A stretch of 32,000 nt of DNA. Source: Candidatus Saccharimonadota bacterium (GTDB lineage Bacteria > Patescibacteriota > Gracilibacteria > BD1-5 > UBA6164). The position numbers and the translations under genes are program-made. Positions within the stretch are counted from its first letter, which is position 1; each line of letters starts with the position of its first letter. Where the stretch lies: contig CP042461.1 of assembly GCA_004563595.2 (NCBI GenBank), forward strand, positions 1,290,001 to 1,322,000, read 5' to 3'. Below the pieces are notes generated by a model. The model saw nothing but the letters and a program-made list of their open reading frames with translations. It did no database searches and was not told the DNA's origin. Of this stretch, positions 1 to 7,885 are shown piece by piece.

Positions 1-1214
1 ATAAGGTATTTTGCTATATTTGAAAATATCAGAGAAAATATAAGGGAAAATATAAGCTCTATTGGAAAGTTAATAATTAAATTTGTAGTATGAATGACAA
101 TAAAAGGAAATATTATTATAAAAAGAGAAAAAACTGCAATATTACTCAAAATAAGTATATATCATGAGCGACTTAAATTAAAATATACTGAAACAATAAT
201 AAGTAAAAATATCAAAACCCATTCTAGTTTTGTATCAAAATATCTTAAATAATTTTTATTCAATATGGTATTAATCATATTCACATGAGTATAAACTCAA
301 TAATCAATACCATTAGGAGTGTAAAATACATCTTTTATTCAAGTAGCTGTTGCTCAAATCAAAATAATTTTATCTTTAAAATCAATATGGTTTTTAAGTT
401 CTTCAAATTTTTTTGAGTCATATACATCTATAAATGACACTGTTTTTTTCTCTTTTTGAAAATCAGAATATTTTATATAATTTATAAGGATTTCCTTTTC
501 TCAACTTCTTGCAAGTGGTATCTTTTTATTAGGTATGAGGTGATAAAAATTATCATCAACAAATGACTCTTTTGTAATAAAGTCTCTTTTATAAAATAAT
601 GAATAATATGTTTTTAATACTGCGAGACTAAAGTGGTCAAAATATTCTCATTTTTTTGTTTTGGTAAAAGGTGTAATTCAGTATACCACATGATTTACAT
701 CATCAATATCGGGACTATAGTAACCCGTCGCTTTAATAACATCCGAAAAAATAGATTTTTGAAAGATTCAGTTTTTCGAAAAATATGATCATATCAATAT
801 ATTTCATGCCTGTTGTATAGATGCTCTAAACGCGGTATCTGATTCCTTTTTAAGAGACTCTTCTGCAAAAATAATATCAAACGCTATCAGAGTAGCTCAC
901 GCATCATTTAAATGCTCTATAACAGGAATATAGGCCTTTCTATCAAAAGGGAACCTTCAAAGCTTTATATTACTATTATTTCCTTGTTCTAATGTCTTAT
1001 CATCAATCTCGACTATTAAAATATTATCGTTTATTTTTGATTGTTTGGCTTTATTTTTGATTGTATAATATGTATTTTGAATTTTTTTATCTAAAATATA
1101 AAATACTCAGGTTGAGCTCAAGATCACAACAAGTATCAGTATTATCAAGGATAATCATACTGATAAGATATTTTTTCATTCTAATGAAAAAATGTTTTTT
1201 ATATTAAAATGCAT
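1..1214 (-). CDS. CHASE2-domain membrane sensor protein, N-terminal part (effector domain lies beyond window start)
   Basis: ATG at 1212-1214. The frame is open to position 1 when TGA=Gly (all codons checked, no TAA/TAG). Translation: MHFNIKNIFSLEGKNILSVGLSLIILILVVIL (N-terminal TM) ... ILIVEIDDKTL..KLGRFPFDRKAYIPVIEHLNDAGATLIAFDIIFAEES...ILIGATATGIKDVFYTPNG..., followed by C-terminal TM helices. This is the typical CHASE2 layout. Confidence 0.8.
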
Positions 1215-1224
1215 TAAAACAAAA

Positions 1225-2475
1225 TTATTTATTAATCAAAGAGTCCAACACTCAGTGTATTACCTTATCCGTATTATTTTTAATAGAATTATATCTACTC
1301 TTAATATCATCAACTGATATATTTTTAAATTTTGTAAGATCGACGCTTTGCCCAAATATATTTTTTAGACTCTCCAGGTTATTTAGCATAATTTGTTTCA
1401 GATCATCTGGAAGAATGTTAAAGTCAAAATAATCAGAAAATTTAATATCTAATTCCTTTAATATGTCGCTATGATTTTTCAAAATAGGAAGTATAGAATC
1501 TAGGTGATTAAAGTTTTTAGATTGAATAGTTTCCTTAAAGTCAAACATAATACTTTGAATGAGTACTTTTTTATTATCGTTTGATGCTGTAGCAAGTAAT
1601 ACTTCTTTTAATTTAATCTTATTGAGAAATAACATTCAATCATCTGAAGATTTTATAAAATTAATTTTTTGGTATTCAATAAGAAGTTTGTTATAGAGTT
1701 CTTGTTTTTCACTCTCTGACATTGTTCATATCAATTTTTCTAAATCTTCAGATTGTATAACTTCATCAAATTTCTTTAATATAATATTCTCTTTAAATTT
1801 CTCTAAAGCTTCTTGTTTTAATATCTCTAGGTACTCGGTATCATATTTATCATTTAAAGCTTCCCAAGCTTGATTTTTTATATCTCTAATAAACTTTTCA
1901 AGTTGTATAAAAGAAAATGTTTTTAATGAAAAAGGGTCTCTTTCTCAAATAATAAAAGACTTGTCATTTGTTGTAAGTGTAACTTCATGGTCTAAAACAT
2001 ATATATATTCATTTTCTAAGTCAACATCAAAAACTGTTCCTCTCACTGAGGCTTCGCTATCCATAAAGTATTCTTTGAAATATGAATCCTCTCAAAAGAA
2101 ACTTATAACATTTGACCAACTTTTTCATGATAATAATTCAAATGATATATTCATCATTGATAAATCATGTGTAATAAAAAGTTCTTTTATCTCAATAGTA
2201 CTATTTCAACCAAGTCTTGTCAGACTCCCATCTCACCATTCAATTATAACTAAACTATTATCTCCCTGAGTTGAGATAATATCTCAAATATATAAATTTT
2301 CTCTTTTCTCTACTTCTAATACTTGCTCATTTAGTAACCCAGCTCCTTCAATAAGTAATACAAATGAGTCTCTATCTGAATTTTTGAATAAATATGAGCT
2401 ATATAATCAAGCACCAATTACTCATAATATTAACAAAATAATAAAAGTAATAAATTTATTTTTCATTTTCTTCAT
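1225..2475 (-). CDS. FecR-domain protein (signal-anchor, 416 aa)
   Basis: ATG at 2473-2475, TAA at 1225-1227. The track ORF 1252-1635 is only its C-terminal fragment. N-terminal TM MKKMKNKFITFIILLILGVIGAG, then a FecR-like beta segment GDIISTQGDNSLVIIEWGDGSLTRLGGNSTIEIKEL. Frame verified free of TAA/TAG. Confidence 0.75.
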
Positions 2476-2542
2476 TCTTGGGTATTATAAAACTGATAAA
2501 ATTTATGTCTATTATATAAATAATAAATAATTTTCAAAAGAT

Positions 2543-2947
2543 ATGAAAAAACAATATATTTTCCTTATTATGATTGCTATAATTTTATACATATTATACT
2601 TGATTGGTACTTTTACATATAAAGAATATAAAATTAACTGAAGTATAGAATATATATCAAAGCTAAATATTGAAATTAAAGAAAGAAATAAATTAGCACT
2701 TGAGATTATTGAGTACAAAAAATCAAAGGCATACAGAAATATGATCCTAAAGCAGCAGCTTTCATTCAAGAACAAATGAGAAAAAGTTGTATACCTTACA
2801 AGTGAACAAAAATACAATAAATATGTAAATGAGGTTCTCCCTGAGGAAATAGATAGTCTTGAGACCAATATAGAAGATAATATTGTAAATGGGATGACTA
2901 TATTTGAAAAATGGATTTACTTTTTATTTAAAATAGATACTCGATAA
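2543..2947 (+). CDS. small bitopic membrane protein, FtsB/DivIC (septum formation initiator)-like
   Basis: ATG at 2543, TAA at 2945-2947, two in-frame TGA. MKKQYIFLIMIAIILYILYLIG (TM), then coiled coil KLNIEIKERNKLALEIIEYKKSKAYRNMILKQQLSFKNKGEKVVYL, which resembles the FtsB/DivIC C-terminal motif. The functional call is tentative. Confidence 0.5.
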
Positions 2948-2950
2948 TAA

Positions 2951-2980
2951 AAAACACCTGAATAGATCAGGTGTTTTTTT
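2951..2980. terminator. bidirectional rho-independent terminator
   Basis: aaaaCACCTGAatagaTCAGGTGttttttt. 7-bp GC-containing stem flanked by an A-run and a T-run. It sits between convergent genes and overlaps the stop codon of the minus-strand gene (2979-2981). Confidence 0.7.
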
Positions 2981-3413
2981 ATAAGTCAGAAAAATCTGCG
3001 GGGATATCATCTAAATCATTGAGATCTAGGTTTCATGGATCATAACTGGTTTTATTTCCAAATATTTTATTTCCAAGTTCTTCAATTTTTTCAAAAATCC
3101 TTTTTGGTTCAGCATACTTTTCTACATCTAAACCTAATAATCTTCCAAATATCGGAAATACAAATATTGTTAACACTGTTATAATAATACCTACTATAGC
3201 ATACCTAATAGTATTGATTGCTGGTTTTATTTTATCATCTTTTCACCCTGACAAGATAAGTAAAAGCCCTCACCATAAAATAAAAACTATTGAGAAAATT
3301 CCAGCAGCTAATACAAAAAGAGAAATAGCTAAAAGAATAAAGTCACCAAACTCAATCTGATCTCAAAATATAGATCATGTTTGATTTACGGCGTGAACAG
3401 TTTCTATAAACAT
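2979..3413 (-). CDS. small two-TM protein resembling CPR TrbC/VirB2-type (T4SS) pilin-like proteins
   Basis: ATG at 3411-3413, TAA at 2979-2981, 144 aa with several TGA=Gly. ...FILLAISLFVLAAGIFSIVFILWGGLLLILSGGKDDKIKPAINTIRYAIVGIIITVLTIFVFPIF... The TM / GG..SGG / KxxK / TM pattern is typical of the pilin-like family. Acidic C-terminal tail. Confidence 0.5.
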
Positions 3414-3430
3414 ATTATTTTACTTATCAA

Positions 3431-3667
3431 CTAATCTAAAACTTTTAAGTTTAATCTTTTTGAATTTTTCATTCAAAATAGTCTTAATATTGATCTAATA
3501 GAATTTATAGTATTTCATCATTTTCAGATAATAATCCCCATATCTTCTTTATTGACAGATAAAGTAAGTAAAATACCTAATTCATCTTCTGTCCTTTCAA
3601 TTTTTATATCATCTTTATTTTCAACTAAATTTTCTATTATAAACTGTAAGAAATCTACTTCTGTCAT
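3431..3667 (-). CDS. KH-domain RNA-binding protein (YlqC/UPF0109 family)
   Basis: MTEVDFLQFIIENLVENKDDIKIERTEDELGILLTLSVNKEDMGIIIGKGGNTINSIRSILRLFG... The GxxG motif (GKGG) is encoded by three TGA. TAG stop at 3431-3433. Canonical position directly downstream of rpsP. Confidence 0.8.
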
Positions 3668-3700
3668 AATATTGTAGTTAAGATATAATATAAAAATAAT

Positions 3701-3725
3701 ATCCTTCAATTTAAAATTGAAGGAT
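3701..3725 (-). terminator. perfect 11-bp palindromic hairpin between rpsP and the KH gene (attenuator/terminator)
   Basis: ATCCTTCAATTtaaAATTGAAGGAT, followed on the minus strand by a U-rich tract. Confidence 0.45.
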
Positions 3726-3736
3726 TATTATTATTC

Positions 3737-3976
3737 TTATATAGATATATTATTCACTTTTATAAGTTTTTCAACTCTCGGTGAAAATTGGACTCAGTTT
3801 GAAAGATATTTTTTGATTTTTTCAACATCTTTTATTTTAAATTCTTTCGTTAATGGATTATAGAATCCTAGAACTTCTTTATATCCATGTTGAGAAGCTT
3901 TAGTATGTTCAGTTAAAACTATTCTAAAAAAAGGCATATTTCTTTTTCCAGCTCTTGCTAATCTTATTTTTAACAT
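3737..3976 (-). CDS. rpsP: 30S ribosomal protein S16
   Basis: MLKIRLARAGKRNMPFFRIVLTEHTKASQHGYKEVLGFYNPLTKEFKIKDVEKIKKYLSNGVQFSPRVEKLIK... One TGA=Gly extends the track ORF to the TAA at 3737-3739. Confidence 0.9.
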
Positions 3977-4085
3977 ATTTAGTAAGTTTATAATTAAATA
4001 TTGTATTCGTATTACGAATTACGAATCAAATGTTATTTCATAAATAACAGCTCATTATAATTCGTAAGTTTTTTTATTTGTAAAA

Positions 4086-4170
4086 TGGTGCCCAGACCGG
4101 GAATTGAACCCGGACTTCCGAAGAAACGAGATTTTAAGTCTCGCGTGTCTACCAATTCCACCATCTGGGC
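4086..4170 (-). tRNA. tRNA-Leu (anticodon UAA), long variable arm, CCA encoded
   Basis: Reverse complement GCCCAGATGGTGGAATTGGTAGACACGCGAGACTTAAAATCTCG-TTTCTTCGGAAGT-CCGGGTTCAATTCCCGGTCTGGGCACCA. The cloverleaf folds by hand and is very similar to E. coli tRNA-Leu(UAA). Confidence 0.9.
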
Positions 4171-4189
4171 AAAGAGTTTAGTATGATAA

Positions 4190-4387
4190 CTAAACTATTC
4201 AGTGCTTTCTTAGTGTTCTGAGACCTTTTGCAGATACTCTAATCTTATAGACTAAACCTGTTTCTGGATCTTTTATTTTTTTGTAAAACAGATTTGGATA
4301 GAATTTTCTCTTTGTTGCTCTTAATGAGTGACTTCTATTATTTCAACTTGCAGTTTTTTTTCAAGTTATTTCACAAACTCTAGACAT
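4190..4387 (-). CDS. rpmB: 50S ribosomal protein L28
   Basis: MSRVCEITGKKTASGNNRSHSLRATKRKFYPNLFYKKIKDPETGLVYKIRVSAKGLRTLRKHGIV. Three TGA=Gly. TAG stop at 4190-4192. Confidence 0.9.
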
Positions 4388-4430
4388 AATTCTTATTATA
4401 AATTTTAAAATATTTGAAAAGCAAAAGTGA

Positions 4431-4751
4431 TTATGCTTTAATTTCAACCCCTACACCACTTGGTATGCTTAAGTTTTGTAACATTTCCATAGTTTTTGGA
4501 GTAGGTTCTAGGATATCAATAAGTCTACTATGTCTTCTAATTTCGAATTGTTCTCTTGCATCTTTGTTAACAAAAGTAGATCTATTTACAGTAATTTTTT
4601 CAATTTTAGTTGGTAATGGTATTGGTCCGACAACTTGTGCACCAGAATCATTTGCAATTAAAACAATTTTTTTAACAGCATCATCTAATAATCTATGATC
4701 AAAAGATTTTACACTTATTCTTATTTTTGCAGTACTTTTTTTTGCAGACAT
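4431..4751 (-). CDS. rpsJ: 30S ribosomal protein S10
   Basis: The track ORF is intact: ...IRISVKSFDHRLLDDAVKKIVLIANDSGAQVVGPIPLPTKIEKITVNRSTFVNKDAREQFEIRRHSRLIDI... No TGA codons. Confidence 0.97.
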   Translation of the reverse strand: MSAKKSTAKIRISVKSFDHRLLDDAVKKIVLIANDSGAQVVGPIPLPTKIEKITVNRSTFVNKDAREQFEIRRHSRLIDILEPTPKTMEMLQNLSIPSGVGVEIKA

Positions 4752-4794
4752 TTATCTAAAATAAATAATTAAATTTTCAATATAATTTAATTCC

Positions 4795-4822
4795 CCAACA
4801 TTAACTTTACAGTTAATGTTGG
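4795..4822 (-). terminator. 12-bp perfect hairpin in the tuf-rpsJ spacer (terminator/attenuator or processing site)
   Basis: CCAACATTAACTttacAGTTAATGTTGG, located between the tuf stop (4849) and the rpsJ start (4751). Confidence 0.5.
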
Positions 4823-4848
4823 ACATATTAAACTATATGAGAGTGGGA

Positions 4849-6039
4849 TTATGCTTTAATTTTAGCAACAACTCCTGAACCAACAGTTCTACCTCCTTCT
4901 CTTATTGCAAATTTTAGACCTTCAGTCATCGCAATAGGTTGTTGTAATTTAACTGTGAAATCAATATTATCACCAGGCATAACCATTTCAACTCCAGCAG
5001 GTAATTCAATATCACCAGTTACATCAGTAGTTCTGAAGTAGAATTGAGGTTTATAACCTTTGAAGAAAGGAGTATGTCTCCCACCTTCATCTTTTGAAAG
5101 TACATATACTGTTGCTTCAAATTCAGTATGTGGAGTAATTGATCCTGGTTTAGCAAGAACTTGTCCTCTTTCAATATCTTCTCTATCTATACCTCTTAGT
5201 AAGATACCAGCATTATCACCAGCTTGACCTTGATCTAATAGTTTATGGAACATTTCAACTCCAGTAACTGTAGATTTAACAGTGTCTTTGATACCAACGA
5301 TTTCAATTTCTTCACCTACTTTAACGATACCAGTTTCAATTTTACCAGTAACAACAGTACCTCTCCCTTTAATTGAGAATACATCTTCAATAGGCATAAG
5401 GAAATCTTTATCAGTTGGTCTGTCAGGAACAGGAACAAATTCTTCAATTGCGTCAAATAATTCAACGATTGATTTTGCACCGTATTCTTTATCCATATCA
5501 GCTGGATTTTCAAGAGCAACAAGTCCAGAACCTTTGATAACTGGAGTGTCATCACCTGGGAAGTCATATTTAGTTAATAAGTCTCTGATTTCCATTTCTA
5601 CTAATTCAAGCATTTCTTCATCATCAACCATATCACATTTATTCATATAAACAACGATGTAAGGTACACCTACTTGTCTAGATAATAATATATGTTCTCT
5701 TGTTTGTGCCATAGGCCCATCAGTAGCAGCAACAATTAAGATTGCAGCATCCATTTGAGCAGCACCAGTAATCATGTTTTTTACATAATCGGCATGACCA
5801 GGACAATCCACGTGAGCGTAATGTCTGCTAGCTGTTTCGTATTCAACATGTGAAGTATTAATAGTAATACCTCTTGCTCTTTCTTCAGGAGCGTTATCTA
5901 TAGAAGCGAAATCTCTTACTTCACCACCTCCAAGAGTAGTTAATACAGCAGAGATACCTGCAGTAGTAGTAGTTTTACCATGATCAACGTGACCAATAGT
6001 ACCAATATTCATATGTGGTTTAGATCTATCAAAAGCCAT
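4849..6039 (-). CDS. tuf: elongation factor Tu
   Basis: Intact 396-aa ORF with [17 protein letters not shown] and NKCD motifs. No TGA codon in the whole gene. Confidence 0.99.
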   Translation of the reverse strand: MAFDRSKPHMNIGTIGHVDHGKTTTTAGISAVLTTLGGGEVRDFASIDNAPEERARGITINTSHVEYETASRHYAHVDCPGHADYVKNMITGAAQMDAAILIVAATDGPMAQTREHILLSRQVGVPYIVVYMNKCDMVDDEEMLELVEMEIRDLLTKYDFPGDDTPVIKGSGLVALENPADMDKEYGAKSIVELFDAIEEFVPVPDRPTDKDFLMPIEDVFSIKGRGTVVTGKIETGIVKVGEEIEIVGIKDTVKSTVTGVEMFHKLLDQGQAGDNAGILLRGIDREDIERGQVLAKPGSITPHTEFEATVYVLSKDEGGRHTPFFKGYKPQFYFRTTDVTGDIELPAGVEMVMPGDNIDFTVKLQQPIAMTEGLKFAIREGGRTVGSGVVAKIKA

Positions 6040-6111
6040 AACATCAAAGTTATAAAAATATAAAGTAGTGTATTAAAAATTTAATAATTTATTAAAGAAA
6101 ATCAAGCTATT

Positions 6112-6198
6112 TTATTTCCTTGTTTTCTTTACCTTTTTTTCAATAAGAACAAGTGCTCTTCTTAATTTTCTGTGTGTGTGTCCTGTTAATCTAGGCAT
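6112..6198 (-). CDS. hypothetical 28-aa highly basic peptide
   Basis: ATG at 6196-6198, TAA at 6112-6114. MPRLTGHTHRKLRRALVLIEKKVKKTRK. Starts 1 nt after the stop of the upstream small ORF. No family recognised and it may not be translated. Confidence 0.25.
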   Translation of the reverse strand: MPRLTGHTHRKLRRALVLIEKKVKKTRK

Positions 6199-6199
6199 A

Positions 6200-6409
6200 C
6201 TATATTTTGTTAAGATTTATTTGGTATTTTTTTAGTTTCGTACATACTATTGCCATAGCATTTTGAAGCCATTTTGTTTCACCTTCAAATGCAATTCTTT
6301 TCTCTAATTTTTTATAGTGGACAATTGCTTTTCCTACCTTTCATCATGATTTCGGTCCTTTTTTATTTACCGAATAGTTTACTTTTCTCGGTCTTTTATT
6401 TGCAGGCAT
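6200..6409 (-). CDS. hypothetical 69-aa basic protein
   Basis: ATG at 6407-6409, TAG at 6200-6202. MPANKRPRKVNYSVNKKGPKSGGKVGKAIVHYKKLEKRIAFEGETKWLQNAMAIVCTKLKKYQINLNKI. Two TGA=Gly. Lies between the tRNAs and tuf. No family recognised. Confidence 0.4.
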
Positions 6410-6500
6410 CTTCTATGAATTAAAATTATAAATCTTTTACAAAAATACAGAAAACTGAGAAGAATAATCATTCTTAATCTTTTTGTGTATTGTATTTAAA

Positions 6501-6577
6501 TGGTGGAGCCTAGGAGAGTCGAACTCCTGACCTCCTGCGTGCAAGGCAGGCGCTCTAGCCAACTGAGCTAAGGCCCC
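6501..6577 (-). tRNA. tRNA-Ala (anticodon UGC), CCA encoded
   Basis: Reverse complement GGGGCCTTAGCTCAGTTGGCTAGAGCGCCTGCCTTGCACGCAGGAGGTCAGGAGTTCGACTCTCCTAGGCTCCACCA. G3:U70 identity pair present. Confidence 0.9.
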
Positions 6578-6682
6578 AGATAATTATGAGCAATTATCAA
6601 AAGGAAATACAGAGGCAAATTATTTAAAATTTGTTTTCAACTCTCTATTCGTTAAGCAATATTTGCTGTGCATCTTATATAA

Positions 6683-6761
6683 TGGCGGGAGCGACGGGAC
6701 TCGAACCCGCGACCTCTTGCGTGACAGGCAGGCGCTCTAACCAAAGCTGAGCTACGCCCCC
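6683..6761 (-). tRNA. tRNA-Asp (anticodon GUC), CCA encoded
   Basis: Reverse complement GGGGGCGTAGCTCAGCTTTGGTTAGAGCGCCTGCCTGTCACGCAAGAGGTCGCGGGTTCGAGTCCCGTCGCTCCCGCCA. The anticodon and T arms nearly match E. coli tRNA-Asp. There is one C:A mismatch in the anticodon stem. Confidence 0.85.
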
Positions 6762-6780
6762 ATTTGTAAATGCGTGCCGA

Positions 6781-6808
6781 ATTATATGAATAATTATATC
6801 TAATGCAA
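6781..6808 (-). promoter_or_regulatory. putative sigma70-type promoter for the tRNA-Asp/tRNA-Ala (possibly tuf) transcript
   Basis: On the minus strand: TTGCAT, 16 nt, TATAAT. The -10 element ends about 20 nt upstream of the tRNA-Asp 5' end. Confidence 0.35.
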
Positions 6809-6895
6809 ATGTTTTTTTAAGTTTTTTTGTAAAAAATAGAAAAATAGCTTATACCGATACTTTTAAAGAAGTACATCATCTCTGCATAGGGTGAT

Positions 6896-7777
6896 TTATT
6901 TTAAATACTTTCTTGATGAAAGAAACCCACTCAATCCTCATACAAACACAAAGACTAACATTTCAATCAAGAATGTATTGTATGAAAAATCAAAAAAGTA
7001 TATATCTGAAAATGCAGCATTTATATTTTGTAATATAAAGACAAATATAATAAGGCTGAGAAGAAATGAAACAAAGGAATAAAAACTTCACTGTAAAACA
7101 AATGGACCATAAATAAATTTTTTACTTCATCATACTAATCTTGTGATATATATTTCATCTTTATAGTAATAGATAAAATTTCCAATAATAGAATACGTGA
7201 TTACAAATATAGAAAGCAAAAATGTTATAATAATTATGTATAAACCTATACTTAATATATCAAGTACGTGAATCACTTGATTTATTTTTTTGTACTGAGT
7301 TGTATAATTTGAAAAATGCTCTATATCAGATTCATCTTTTGATAGTATATATAATTTATTTTCAATAAAGCTATTCATTTCTTCATACTCTTCTAGCTGA
7401 ATCTGAGAAAGAATGATCGTATCGGGAAGGGGATTTGTCCTCTCAAGTATTTTTGCTAAATCTGGTTCTTTCAAACGTATGTCCTCTAGAATTACCTCCT
7501 TTGTTTTATATTCAACCTTTATTTTTCATCAGATTTTCTTGATATCTTCTATAAGTCAAATTACTTCTGTTGAACCTTTATCATATTCTTCATCTAAATA
7601 AAGTGAAATAGTAAGCTTTGAATTAATCGAGCTTATTAATTTAAAACTTACATCATGAAGAAGAATAAGGATGTTTATGAAGAACATAAGGAGTGTGAGA
7701 ACCAGAACAGATGAAAAACTCAGAAATTTATTTCTGAATATATTTTTGATAGAATATTTTGCGATACGAAATAGCAT
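6896..7777 (-). CDS. ftsX: cell division permease-like protein FtsX
   Basis: Track ORFs 7556-7777 and 7130-7474 are joined, and the frame extended to the TAA at 6896-6898, by reading TGA as Gly. MLFRIAKYSIKNIFRNKFLSFSSVLVLTLLMFF...KDEIYITRLVGGSKKFIYGPFVLQGSFYSF...VGGLSGFLSSRKYLK. This is the classic FtsX topology and motif. No ftsE is adjacent. Confidence 0.85.
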
Positions 7778-7854
7778 GGTACTAGTGATTTACATATTTA
7801 ATTTGAGGTAAGTATATGAAAATTTGTGGATTTTCAAATCCAAAAAACTGAAAA

Positions 7855-7885
7855 AATAAAAAAGCATATTTTATTATGCTTTTTT
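7855..7885 (-). terminator. rho-independent terminator of the 771-aa gene
   Basis: aaaaaaGCATAttttatTATGCtttttt. On the minus strand the hairpin is followed by a long U-run. The stop codon (7874-7876) lies in the loop. Confidence 0.6.

Noticed and set aside
1961-2868. ORFs 1961-2269 (+) and 2512-2868 (-).
   Set aside because: They are antisense to the FecR-domain CDS and to the FtsB-like CDS respectively.
3668-3709. Upstream ATG 3709 as the KH-protein start (track ORF); TTG 13881 as the start of the 152-aa membrane protein; ATG 24743 as the PPIase start.
   Set aside because: The extension to 3709 overlaps the rpsP terminator hairpin and adds non-homologous residues. ATG 13929 has a perfect SD. 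ATG 24776 gives a canonical lipoprotein signal peptide. All three alternatives remain possible.
4414-5650. ORFs 4414-4698 (+), 5282-5650 (+) and 5316-5567 (-).
   Set aside because: They lie entirely inside rpsJ or tuf, on the opposite strand or in another frame. Low-complexity artefacts.
6891-7082. 63-aa plus-strand ORF in an apparently intergenic region.
   Set aside because: With TGA=Gly this region is the 3' end of ftsX on the minus strand (..GGSKKFIYGPFVLQG..SSRKYLK).
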